From positions 64,852,001-64,916,000 of the forward strand of contig NC_043009.1 of assembly GCF_006345805.1 (NCBI RefSeq): a DNA stretch of 64,000 nucleotides, given 5' to 3'. The position numbers and the translations under genes are program-made. This DNA is from Octopus sinensis. Its lineage: Eukaryota. Below, in pieces: positions 12,030 through 23,664 of this stretch; within the stretch, counting starts at the first letter, position 1; each line of letters starts with the position of its first letter. The notes under the pieces are model-generated. The model was not told where the DNA came from and made no database searches. It was given only the letters and a program-made list of their open reading frames with translations.

Positions 12030-12211
12030 TATATACACATATACGACGGGCTTCCTTCTGTTTCCCTCTACCAAATCCACTCACAAGGCTTTGGTCGGTC
12101 CGAGGCTATAGTAGAAGACACTTGCCCAAGGTGCCACGCAGTGGGACTGAACCCAGAACCATATGGTTGGTGAGCAAGCTACTTACCACACAGCCACTCC
12201 TGCGACTATAT
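12030..12211 (-). mobile_element. SINE family A, 5' half
   Basis: ACGACGGGCTTC...CCAAATCCACTCACAAGGC...CTTACCACACAGCCACTCCTGCG. Confidence 0.85.
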
Positions 12212-13217
12212 GTCTATGATAAATTAATCAAAACGAGTCAAAAGTTATTTATATATTCTAGGTAAGGAGTGCACGGAAGGACACTCCCTTCGGCCATCAA
12301 CAGACCACACCAATTCGACACTTCCGATCAACATCGCCCCTGCCATTGGTGATGAGCAATATCGAAGTTAGCAGGGAAATTCGAGAATTCTTTAGGCCCA
12401 TACTTCAACACGTTTACCCCCACCCCCTGTTATCCATTCAGGTAGGACATCAAAAACCAACCAGGTGCAACTAAATACCATAATTATTTCTGCTTCATTT
12501 TGTCTTTTACTCTCAGCTTTGGTCGTTCTCTCATAAGCGTCTACCATCCTTCCATTCATGATGAATCACTTTCGTCTTCGCCCGTCAGTTCACGAATTAT
12601 TATTTTTTTTTGCTGCAGTTCCTTTTTTAAGTTCCTACTACCAACCAAGCAAGAACTTGTGGGCATAGCTACGATTCCATAACCCTCATCTACTACAAAT
12701 ACCATACACTAACATCCTCGTCTCGTGCCCCACACGATTGTTCTCCAGTCCTTATTTTTATGTATCTACCTCCACTGGCAACACGAGAACTTTCTTCCAA
12801 TCCTTCCAGTAATTACCACAATAACACAAGTTTCGGTCTCGGCTTCCCTTTGCTTACGACTCATTCATTGTTCACTTTGTTGTTTACAAGGGTTATTTAT
12901 ATAAAATTTCATTAAAAGATATCCATTTTCCTGAAAGTTAGGAGGGGAAACGATCAGATCGTGTGAATTATCCGTGAGTCCTCTCACCATTCGTTTACTA
13001 CACATTTTATCTTTTACACCTATTTCCCTTATTTTAAAGTTCCGATAAACAACATAACATAAACAGTTCACTTTTGTGCCTAGAATATATAACAGTTACT
13101 CTACTTTCCCATTTCGCATTGTTAGAAGCTCTCTCATTCCTCAACACTTGTTTTACTTCTGTATCACAATGCTTCTTCGTATACATACATACAGGCACAT
13201 ATAGATATATAAATAAA

Positions 13218-13520
13218 TGGTATTACAAGCGAATAGTGGTACCGGTGCGCGCACTCGCGCCAGCTGGTCGTAAATAGTCGCTCCTACAACTTTTTAACCC
13301 CGACCCTAACCTTTGTTTATAAAAATAATTCATTTACTTAGTTTAAGGAATTATTTACTTTGCGTTTTATTTACTTTGTTCGAGAAATATTCTTTAATTT
13401 CCTTTGATATGAATTCAGCCTTGAAATACAAAACATACGCACAAGTCATTGTAGGATCGACTACTTACGTCTAGCGAGCGCGAGTGCGCGCACCGGGACC
13501 ACTGTTCGCTAGTAGTACCC
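13218..13520. mobile_element. MITE-like element (about 300 bp) with about 70-bp imperfect terminal inverted repeats
   Basis: Left GGTATTACAAGCGAATAGTGGTACCGGTGCGCGCACTCGCGC... is the reverse complement of right ...GCGCGAGTGCGCGCACCGGGACCACTGTTCGCTAGTAGTACCC. The TSD is not clean. Confidence 0.75.
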
Positions 13521-13707
13521 TAAATAAATACATATATATATATAATTCCATGTGCAAAGTATCCCTTTATTAAAGACCATCATCATCATCCTCATGTGTT
13601 TTAATTTTACTTACGAAGTGGAGGAGAACTCTTTGAAGAAGAAAGAGAAAAACATAGAATTTTGTCAAAGAATAAAAGAGATTTTTGGGTAAAGCGGGTG
13701 TTGGTAC

Positions 13708-13815
13708 CTTTTTCACTTCGAACCTTTTCTTGTTTCCCGGTTTGTCTCCGCTGATAGCCTGAGAGGTTGAGGCTTCCCCAAACTCCTCTTCGTCAATTTC
13801 CATTGCGGCTGCCAT
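13708..13815 (-). CDS. RBX1: RBX1 coding exon 1 (108 nt): MAAAMEIDEEEFGEASTSQAISGDKPGNKKRFEVKK
   Basis: MAAAM...KKRFEVKK is the RBX1 N-terminus. Donor AAG|gtacca is in phase 0 directly after EVKK. Confidence 0.96.
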
Positions 13816-14102
13816 TGAGAAACTGAGAAATAATAAAAAATCTCGTCGAACAGAACACAAATCCCGTTCGCAACGAGATTCTCGAGAATCAAAGCTGAAA
13901 GTGGTGGGGTGATGCAAAACGAGAAACGTGTTGTTCGTCTTCGTTGTTCGTTTTATTTCAGAATTTTTTATTTTTATTCATTTCTTTCAACAATGTAAAC
14001 TTTCCGTTTCCGTGCTACTGCTTTTTATTTATTTATTTCATTATTGGAAATATATGTGAATTTTTTTTGTTTCATTCTTCTTCGCCTATAATAATTCGGA
14101 CA

Positions 14103-14840
14103 TGGGCGGCGACCTGGCAGAATCGTTAGCACGCCGGGCGATTTATGCTTAGCGGTATTTCGTCTGCCGTTACGTTCTGAGTTCAAATTCCACCGAGGTC
14201 GACTGTGCCTTCCATCCTTTCGGGGTCGATAAAATAAGTACCACTTACACACTGGGGTCGATCTAATCGACTTAAACCCGTTGTCTGTCCTTGTTTGTCC
14301 TCTCTGTGTTTATAGCCCCTTGTGGATAATAAAGAAATAGGTATTTCGTCTGCTGCTACGTTCTGAGTTCAAATTCCGCCGAGGTCGACTGTGCCTTTCA
14401 TCCTTTCGGGGTCGATAAATTAAGTACCAGTTACGCACTGGGGTCGATGTAATCGACTTAATCCGTTTGTCTGTCTTTGTTTGTCCCCTCTGTGTTTAGC
14501 CCCTTGTGGGTAATAAAGAAATAGGTATTTCGTCTACCGCTACGTTCTGAGTTCAAAATCTGTGGAAGTCGACTTTGCCTTTCATCTTTTCGGGGTCGAT
14601 AAATTAAGTACCAGTTGCGTACTGAGTCGATATAATCGACTTAATCCGTTTGTCTGTCCTTGTTTGTCCTCTTTGTGTTTAGCCTCTTGTGGGTAGTAAA
14701 GAAATAGGTATTTCGTCTGCTGTTGAGTTCTGAGTTCAAACTCCGCCGAGGTTGACTTTGCCTTTCATCCTAAGTACCAGTTACACACTGAGATCGATGT
14801 CCCCTCTGTGTTTAGCTCCCTGTGGGCAATAAAGAAATAT
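14103..14840 (+). mobile_element. Head-to-tail array of four SINE family B units upstream of RBX1
   Basis: One headed unit plus three headless units, each joined by AAAGAAATAG|GTATTTCGTC; the fourth unit is internally deleted. Confidence 0.88.
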
Positions 14841-15263
14841 ATAATAATCCGGACATACCTATACAATTGTGCTTCCCACACTCTCTGAGTTTGTTTCCTC
14901 ATAACTTCAGAAAAATTGGATGTTTTAAAATGAAATTTTCTACAAATACTTTCAGATGGTTTAGAATTTAAGGTCAAACTAAAGGGTTTGAGCCGAGCAA
15001 GCAAATTTTAAAAAAAAATAGTTTAATAGGTGTAAAACAACTTGCTCTTAATGAATAGGAAAAAAATTCACATTGTAAATGTTCTGAGTTGTCTCACCAC
15101 AGCCCCCCACCCAATTTTTTTAATAGTGTAATAGGTGTACAACAACATGTAGTAAACGAATATGAAAAAAAATGCGTGCCGGCGAACGTTGGGTGTATAT
15201 GCATACACACACATGTCTGTGCGATTTGCATGCAATGTACATATATAGAGAGTGGGCTAGAAG

Positions 15264-15695
15264 TCATCATCATCATCATCATCATTTAGCGTCCGTTTTC
15301 CATGCTAGCATGGGTTGGACGGTTCTACTGGGGTCTGTGAAGCCAGAAGGCTTCATCAGGCCCAGTCAAATCTGGCAGTGTTTCTACGGCTGGATGCCCT
15401 TCCTAACGCCAACCACTCCGTGAGTGTAGTGGGTGCTTTTACGTGCCACCCGCACTGGTGCCAGACAGAGCTGGCAAACGCCACGAACGGATGGTGCTTT
15501 TTATGTGCCACGGCATGAGGGCCAGGCGAGGCTGGCAACGGACACGAAACGGGGCGGTGCTGGCAACGGTCGCGAAACGGAAAGTTCTCTTACATGCCAC
15601 CGGCACTGGTAACACATCTGCAATTTCCATTGATCGATTTCGATTCTGATCCTCACTTGCCTCAATGGGTCTTCACAAGCAGAGTTTCGACATGC
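15264..15695 (-). mobile_element. 5'-truncated RTE 3' end (stop-codon region, UTR units, (GAT)n tail)
   Basis: Minus strand GAAGACCC...GCAAGTGAGGATCAGAATCGAAATC resembles 10816-10855. Contains 2-3 of the 61-bp units and the same tail. Confidence 0.8.
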
Positions 15696-15906
15696 CACTA
15701 TATATAAATAAATATATATATATATACATTTACACATACATACATACGTATGTATGAATGGATGGATGGATAGATGGATGTATATATATATATATATATA
15801 TAAATGAGTGTGTATATACGTATATATACGTGTGTATATATATATATATATATATATGAGTGTGTATATACATATATATGCATGTGTATGTATGTATGTA
15901 TGTATG

Positions 15907-15942
<36 letters not shown>

Positions 15943-15954
15943 TATATATAAACA

Positions 15955-16105
15955 ATTGCAGCGTGGAAGGTGTTTATAAGCCATTTAAAAAACCACACAA
16001 AAACCGTTAGATTCACTTCAATATTTAAATTTAATTTGTCAAAATATTTTCGTCATTTAAGACTGCAACCTGTTCACTGACAAAATTCCGTGCTGCATCT
16101 GAGAA
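15955..16105 (+). repeat. Unclassified interspersed repeat; second copy at 36165-36375
   Basis: AACAATTGCAGC.TGGAAG.TGTTTATAAGCCATTTAA...AAAACCG.TAGATTCACTTCAA.ATTTAAATTTAATT shared between the two loci. Confidence 0.7.
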
Positions 16106-16546
16106 AGTAACAGTTCTTGATATATATGTATGTATTTATATATGTATGTATGCATGTATGTATGTGCACCAGTCAAAATGCTTAGAAGTATTTTATCTAT
16201 CTTTATGTTCTGAGTTCAAATTCTACTGAGGTCAACTTTGCCTTTCATCCTTTTGGAATTGATAAAAGCAGTACCACATGATTACTGGGAGGGAGGGGTG
16301 TCGATGTAATCAACTAGCCCCGACCCCAAACTTGCATTTTTCATGTTCTGGGTTCAAATCCCACTGAAATTAATATAGATACCAGTTATGTGCTGGAGTC
16401 AAGTCAATTCTTCACAGCTCAGCCACTGAAATTTGTGGCCTTGTACCGGTATTTTTCATACAACTGAGACAGTTTTACAAGAGAAAAAAAGGAGACAGAA
16501 ATGAAAAGAACCCAAAACATATCTGAGGAATTTGGAGAGAATCTAT

Positions 16547-17097
16547 GTGGCTGTGTGGTAAGAAGCTCATTTCCCAACTACATGGTTCTGGGTTCATTCC
16601 CACTACGCAGAACTTTAGGCAGTATCTTCTGCTGTGTTGACCAGTGTCTTGTGAGTGGTTTTGGTAGATGAAAACTGAAAGAAGCCCATCATGTATATAC
16701 TCTTTACTCTCTTTTACTTGTTTCAGTCATTTGACTGCAGCCATGCTGGAGCACCGCCTTTAGTCGAGCAAATCGACCCCGGGACTTATTCTTTGTAAGC
16801 CCAGTACTTGTTCTATTGGTCTCTTTTGCCGAACTGCTAAGTGACGGGGACGTAAACACACCAGCATCGGTTGTCAAGCAATGCTAGGGGGACAAACACA
16901 GGCACACAAACATATACACACACACATATATATACATATATACGACGGGCTTCTTTCAGTTTCCGTCTACCAAATCCACTCACAAGGTATTGGTTGGTCC
17001 GAGGCTATAGCAGAAGACACTTGCCCAAGGTGCCACGCAGTGGGACTGAACCCGGAACCATGTGGTTGGTAAACAAGCTACTTACCACACGGCCACT
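16547..17097. mobile_element. Inverted pair of SINE family A copies (plus-strand 5' half 16547-16697; minus-strand full copy 16699-17097)
   Basis: The two tRNA-like heads are reverse complements at the outer ends. Confidence 0.85.
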
Positions 17098-17399
17098 ATT
17101 TTTGTATGTATATTTGTATTATATTTGTTTTGTATTTATATTCGTGTAACATCGTCCGTTTTTCTGTCCTTGTTTTGTATACATTCGATCCTTTTTCTAA
17201 GAAATCTAATGCTCGTAGCTTAGTTTTTCCTTGGGGCTGGCCAGATTGGAGTAATCTCAAGATTAATCAGCCAAAATTGCAAGGATGATCCCGTTCTTGA
17301 CTGAAGATTAAAGGCTTCGAATGACCCGTTCGTGTTTTTTGTATCGTCTATTTGGATGTTTTGCGTTCTTGTCCCATTTTGTATTTTTATATATATATA

Positions 17400-17440
<41 letters not shown>

Positions 17441-17447
<7 letters not shown>

Positions 17448-17799
17448 TTAGAGACAAAACCACTATTATGCAAATCAAACAAAGAAAGACTTAATCCAAT
17501 ACATAAAAAATTTTATATAAATTAAATAAAATTAAATTCGCCACTACAATTGTTTCGTGTCTCTTCTAAGGACATTCATCAGGTGGTATTCAGATCTTCT
17601 ATTCAATTTTAAGTTATGAAGTTTAACTTAAAATTGAATAGAAGATCTGAATACTACCTGATGAATATCCTTAGAAGAGACACGAAACAATTGTAGTGGC
17701 GAATTTAATTTTATTTAATTTATATAAAATTTTTTATGTATTGGATTAAGTCTTTCTTTGATTGATTTGCATAATAGTGGTTTTGTCTCTAATTAATAT
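17441..17799. repeat. Near-perfect palindrome (176-bp arms, 7-nt loop) of a Penelope-like terminal repeat, with a hammerhead motif in each arm
   Basis: Position i pairs with 35240-i, with about 3 mismatches. Plus arm: CTAC-CTGATGA(17658)...GAAAC-AATT-GTA-GTGG. Minus arm: CCAC-CTGATGA-A-TGTC...GACA-C-GAAAC-AATT-GTA-GTGG. Confidence 0.9.
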
Positions 17800-18451
17800 T
17801 ATATAATATTTTACCATAAAATTTGATTCAGTCCTAAATCTGATTTTTCCCTGTAAATTTGGATTTATTCCCTAATATTTATTATTATATATATATATAG
17901 TGGCGTATGTACACTTTGTTCTCTTATATACGTATGTATGTATGTATGTATGTATGAATGTGTGTGCATCCCACCACTGCTTGACAACTGATGGTGTGTT
18001 TACTTCTGTGACTTAGCCGTTTGGCAAAAGAGATCAATAGAATAGGTACCAAACTCACACACACACACACAGAAACACTCACGTACACAAATGCAACAGA
18101 ATTTTAGGTGGTGATGACTTCACAGCAATTGTGGTGCAACCGATGCGTGATTATTGCTAATTGAAAAGTGTACAAGAACATGTATGTATGTATTGTACGT
18201 ATGTCCGTAAATATATGTGTGTGCAAGTGTGCGTGTGTATGTAGTGAAGCATTTATATATAAAATATACATGTGTGTGTGTGTGTGTGTACACAATGTGT
18301 AAATACATGTGTTATGAATTAATGCATTATATTTTCCTTTTAGTTGTCATGATGTTCAAAATTATTGTTTTATGAAATCCTTTGTTTATTGGTACATACG
18401 TATGTGTGTATATATACATATATATACATACATACATACATACATGCATAC

Positions 18452-18527
<76 letters not shown>

Positions 18528-18979
18528 AAAGAGAGAGAGAGAGTGACCAGCGGCCATCTTTCTTTTCTAACTTGAATTTCTTTCTTTTCTCTCGTTCAGC
18601 TACAGGGTAAGATGTATTCTTGTCTGTCTCCTGTCATGTTTCTCCAGCTTTCACCACCTCACCTCGTTATGGCTTAACAGCCTGTACCATTTGTTTACAG
18701 TGTCCTGTTTTTGTTACCAACTTTGACACTCTGCAAATTCAAAATTTTATTTAATTTGCTTTGCAGGGTCAACTGTTTTCATGAAATGCGGAGCCCATAA
18801 AACAGGCGACAACTGATGACGGGTTGTTCTTTATGCTGCCTGTCTTGTTTTTCCATTTGTTTCTTTCATTGTTTGCAAAAAAAGTTCGTTTTCCATGTTT
18901 TCGTATTTCATATTTTCATGTTGTTTACACTCTCACATACACACACGTGTGCACCTTTGTTTTGATAGCAGCGCTACTT

Positions 18980-19215
18980 TATTATCTCCCCTTATTCCTA
19001 GCTCTCCTCTCTGACCACCTCTGTCTGGCCATTGCCATGATTGATCGCTCACTACAAAAGCTTTCTTTTTATTCTCTCTCTCTTTATTTTCTCATGTTCC
19101 TTTCTGATGAAGAGCATAGGCTCAAAATGTGAAAGACTTTCTCACCTTCCCAAGCATTAAACTAATACACCTGTTTGTTGTTTACATACCCGTCTTCATC
19201 TTTTGTTTTTTTGTA
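18980..19215 (+). mobile_element. Penelope-like terminal fragment with decayed hammerhead
   Basis: CTTT-CTGATGA-A-GAGC(ATAG)GCTC-AAAA-TGTG-AAAG at 19100-19135; the GAAA motif is mutated. Confidence 0.6.
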
Positions 19216-19329
19216 AATTCCATTTTATTTTGTATATATATATATATATAAATATAAAAATGGTACAGAAACGGTCGTACTGCATTACCTTTGGATATCC
19301 TTGTTACTTATTTTGATTATATATATATA

Positions 19330-19686
19330 CTAGCAGTATCACCCAGTGCTGCTTGGGTTTGTTTCGACCCTTTAGAACTGGAATTTTTGAAAAGTAAAAA
19401 TTTTGCATTATGCAACTTGTTATTCTCTTCAAGTGAACATTTTTCCAGTTGAAATTCACCGAAAAATGGTGACACAGCAGTCAAAAATCGTAAAAAATAG
19501 GGATATTCATAGAAAAAAAAGCACCTTTTTGATGTAAATAATTTTTGGTGTTAACATGGTCCGATTGGAATTTTATCTTCTACAGAATTTTGGTCAACTT
19601 GCGCTGCAGGGTCTCGAAGGAGATAGTGTTAGTTGAAGGCTACCAAACCTGCCACACACAGACAACTTCAGCTTTATATATATAGA
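19330..19686 (-). mobile_element. Non-autonomous Helitron
   Basis: Minus strand A|TC...hairpin...CTAG|T. Same termini as the 32806-33210 copy. Extra Helitron 5' ends occur at 19804 and 20394. Confidence 0.75.
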
Positions 19687-21477
19687 TTTGCTACACACTA
19701 CTTTCCATCCTTAATAATGAAACTTGGTAGATCCAAAAGTTAAACACACAGACACACACACAGATACACACACAGACACACAAGTTGAGTTTTATATATA
19801 TAGATTTCTCAACGGGGATTTCAGGGGAGAGTTTCAGGGAGTCGCTGGCGATGTATCGTGATGATCAAAAATCTGGCCTGCTAAAATTTGGTTAAAGTGA
19901 TTCAAACTGCAGACTCAACGCAAAATGGTCACATTTAATTCAAAGCATTAAAAATATTATGAAAACAATTGGTATGTGTTCACAAAGTCCAAATGATTAA
20001 TACGAAAAACCCTCCAGGCTACATCCCGAAAATTCATTTCTTTGCCGAATTTCTACAATGTTTATGGCGATTCGTTTTTATATCTTGATTTTTTATTTTT
20101 CATGCAATTTATGCATGCTTGCATGCGTGGTGAACACAGTTCACGTCAAACAACTGACTGAGTAAAGTTCACTATTCAATGCATGGGATAAGGCCTAAAC
20201 AAACACATTATCGATTTTTGCACTTGCGAGATGAATTTCGGAACAGAAATAGTGCAGTTCAATTTTCATTCGCCTAAACTTTAAGTGACCCATTTTTGGT
20301 GGTCCTACGATTTGTTGGCTAGGAGGAGATGTGCTGGGAAGTTAAACATGCAGACACACACACAGACACACAAGTTGAGTTTTATATATTTAGATATATA
20401 TAATACCTGAATTTTTATCAAGATAAAGCTCCAGTATTATAGCACAACTATTTTTTTGCACGTATATGAGCTAAAGATTAATAAAATTTCAGATACAATA
20501 TAGGGATGGAGAATATAGGAATAATTTCATATTTATATAAATATAAATCAAATTAATATAAATTTATAGTTAATTTGTAAATAGTAATTTATTGGTATTA
20601 ATGAGTTAAATTAAAGGAATATGCTGACATTTCATTTATTTTCTGCATGTTAATGACTTTAGAATGTATTTACTTGTGTTATAAAATAGATAGTGAATTA
20701 TAACAGTATGGTTCTGTATAGGTTAAGTGTGAACCCAATAGAAATGTATTATCAACAAGATGATATAGTGGGTAAATGAGTAAGATAAAATGGTTTAACA
20801 TTTTAGTGAAGGAAATTTAAATCAGTAAATTGAAAAATAAAATTATTTTAGAATATAGTAGATAAGGGGTAGACAAGATTTGTATTCTGAAAACTTATTA
20901 TAGGATATACCTAGCTTATTTATAATAGGTGAGGTAAGCTTCTATAAGAAAATACTTAATAATTACATTGTAATTTTATAATTACTAGACTAAAATAAAT
21001 ATTTATTTATCATGGGAGTTGTCGTGTAAGATTAGTGTTTAATATCAGGTGAAGATATGATTAAACTATTGGTTAAAAATTATATTAATAATAAGACCAT
21101 TATAGAAATAGAGACTTAATAACATAGATATTATCACTATTCATTATCAGGTTTTGAATATTAATTAAGGGGATTTAAAAGAACTTTTTATGAGAATATT
21201 CTTAGTAAATAAAGTATTAATTGGCAAATATATCAATAAACCTTTAAAATATTAAAAATATAATGCAAGGGAGGCAACCAAGATGAAAGTTCTTAGAATT
21301 AGGAATATTTAAATTTAGTATTCAAGAATGAAGTATGGTTTATATGGGGCATAATAATTTAGGCCAGTTAGGGGTAATATTTAAAAGAAAAAAAAAAGGG
21401 TGGGAGAATTCGGTGTAGTAGAATTCTTGCAGAAATAGATATGGAAATTACCAATTCTTTAAAACTTTTTGTAGATT

Positions 21478-21698
21478 CCCTTTAGCATTTAAACCGGCCA
21501 TATCTGGCCAAAAGTATTCTGCCTGTTTTATGTTCAAACTGGCCAGATCTGGTCTCTCACACTAACCCTACAATATCGTTTTAAAAATTAACAGCTACCT
21601 CATCAAAATCTCATAGCTACAAGATAATGCATGATTAGTTCAAAACAATGTGGATAAAGAAGCATTAATTTTGGCAGAATAATGTGAACACTAAAGGG
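21478..21698. mobile_element. piggyBac-type MITE
   Basis: Termini CCCTTTAG...CTAAAGGG with TTAA on the right. Related ends at 24290-24300 and 5706. Confidence 0.7.
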
Positions 21699-22244
21699 TT
21701 AAGTATACAACTTAATAATTTTATTAGATATATGGAATTTATGTAATAGTTATAGAAATTTAAAAAGATTTTATTTTACTTCAATAATATTAAACTTCCT
21801 CCCCCAATAGTAAATCTAAATAGCAAAGTAAAATCAGTGATAAGCAGTGTCTCCATGAATAAATATCAATTACTACCATGTTTCTGTTGATGAAACTGGT
21901 CTCTCTGTCTATCTACTTACTCTCTTTCTGATGTTGGTAAATGGAATAAGTATAAAAATGAATCTTTTCAATTTAACTAAAAAATTCCATATGCAACTGA
22001 AGATTGCTCTACATTTTAAAACTGATGTAATGATTGCATTGTTTAATTAAATTAAGTCGCATGAAACGATCGTACTGCATTACCTTTGGATATCCTTGTT
22101 GCTTATTTTGATTATAATCACCCCATTTTGAATTATATGGATAATACCATACCAAATTCTGATGCCTTTAACTTAAGTACCATATTCAACTGAATCTAAA
22201 ATTTTACTGAACTTATACGTACATATATATATATAATTAATCCA

Positions 22245-22432
22245 AACAAGAAAGCACAAAAAAAACACAACGCGAGGATGTGGGACAAATATAGTATTAT
22301 TGGACGCTCAGGAAAGAAGGAGGGTTTAACGTTTCGAGTGCAGCTCTTTGTCGGAAACATAGGAGAAGGAAAGATCCAGAGAAGGGAAGACGGAGGAAAA
22401 AAAATTGCCAACGGTACACACGAGGTTCATAT
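22245..22432 (-). mobile_element. Penelope-like terminal fragment; same family as 40795-40962
   Basis: Reverse complement of the 40795 copy. Decayed hammerhead GTTT-CCGACAA-AGAG...CTC-GAAAC-GTT-AAAC. Confidence 0.65.
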
Positions 22433-23583
22433 ATACACTAAGTTTTATTCTGGTAGTTTTCAAGTTTATAACACATTAATATCTCATTTTTTATGCCTAA
22501 GATATTTATTTTCTATTCCGGTTTTTATATATCTCTTTATTTTGATATGTGGATATTCAAATGAAGTAATATCTCATGTCCTACATCTGAAATCCAAATT
22601 TGCTTGTCTGAATATTTTAAGACAGATATCTGACACGGCCACAGGTTTGGGTTAACACTTTCAATGTCCGCTTTTAATTTATTTTCTACCTTCACGATAC
22701 CCCTTATATTTTCTATATTTTAGGTTTCTCTGCAGAGCAGGAGCAATAGCAGGGGCAGGAGCAGGGGCAGAGTGTGGCACACAAGAATCGAAAAACTCCG
22801 TTTTTGGCGACACAATGGTGCCAATAACACAATTATGATACAGTAATCTTGGAAAAATTGAGGATGCATCACACACAATACTTGGTGATAAGCTAAATAG
22901 TGAATGTCAACCCAATATGGTTACTTTCAGTGAAGGATAAATTTAAATAACTTAAAATGTAGTTTTAATTGTACACTAGTTGTTGGCGATGTCGCCTTAA
23001 GGCATGCACACACAGTGCAACCGCCCGGGACTTCATTGATCTAGGGATCTAATTCTAATCACCTTCGATGATCTACTTCTAGCATACGGCTGACCACCTA
23101 GTGGTTTTTTAGCCCTTTAAATATACACATGTATTAGAATTTTCTCTGATTTTTCAGATTTTTGTATGCTAGGCTACTGGTTTTAAATTGATATTAATTA
23201 AATTAATACTCAATTTATCTCCCACATTATTTAAATGAACTAATTCTAATCTGTATTTTGTGGCTGTCAAAGAAATATTATAAGGTGAGTGCATTGATTT
23301 GCTCAAAGGTCTACAATGCTGCAAAGAGGGTCCTGGTCTGTGGTGCTAGGGATCATAACAGTATTGTTGTTTGTTTAGTGATATGGCCCCTTGTGTTGTG
23401 TGGTGATTTGGCTGCTCGTGTTGCTCCGTGGATGTATCATTGCTGGACCTTTCTTTGGTGGAGGAAAGCTGCATGTAGAATAATGAAAGCAAATCCGTGA
23501 GCATTTCGATGAAATATTTATTGTCGAACGTAAAGTCGTTTGGTGCTGGCTGTTCACAATAAACAACAATTACAATTGCTGAC

Positions 23584-23585
<2 letters not shown>

Positions 23586-23663
<78 letters not shown>
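23586..23663. repeat. (GA)n microsatellite
   Basis: Direct reading. Confidence 0.95.

Positions 23664-23664
<1 letters not shown>

Noticed and set aside
23330-23560. Open minus-strand frames after a (CT)n tract, one with a C-x3-C-x5-C spacing
   Set aside because: The phase-1 reading stops after 10 codons, and the Cys frame lacks the rest of a PAN pattern.
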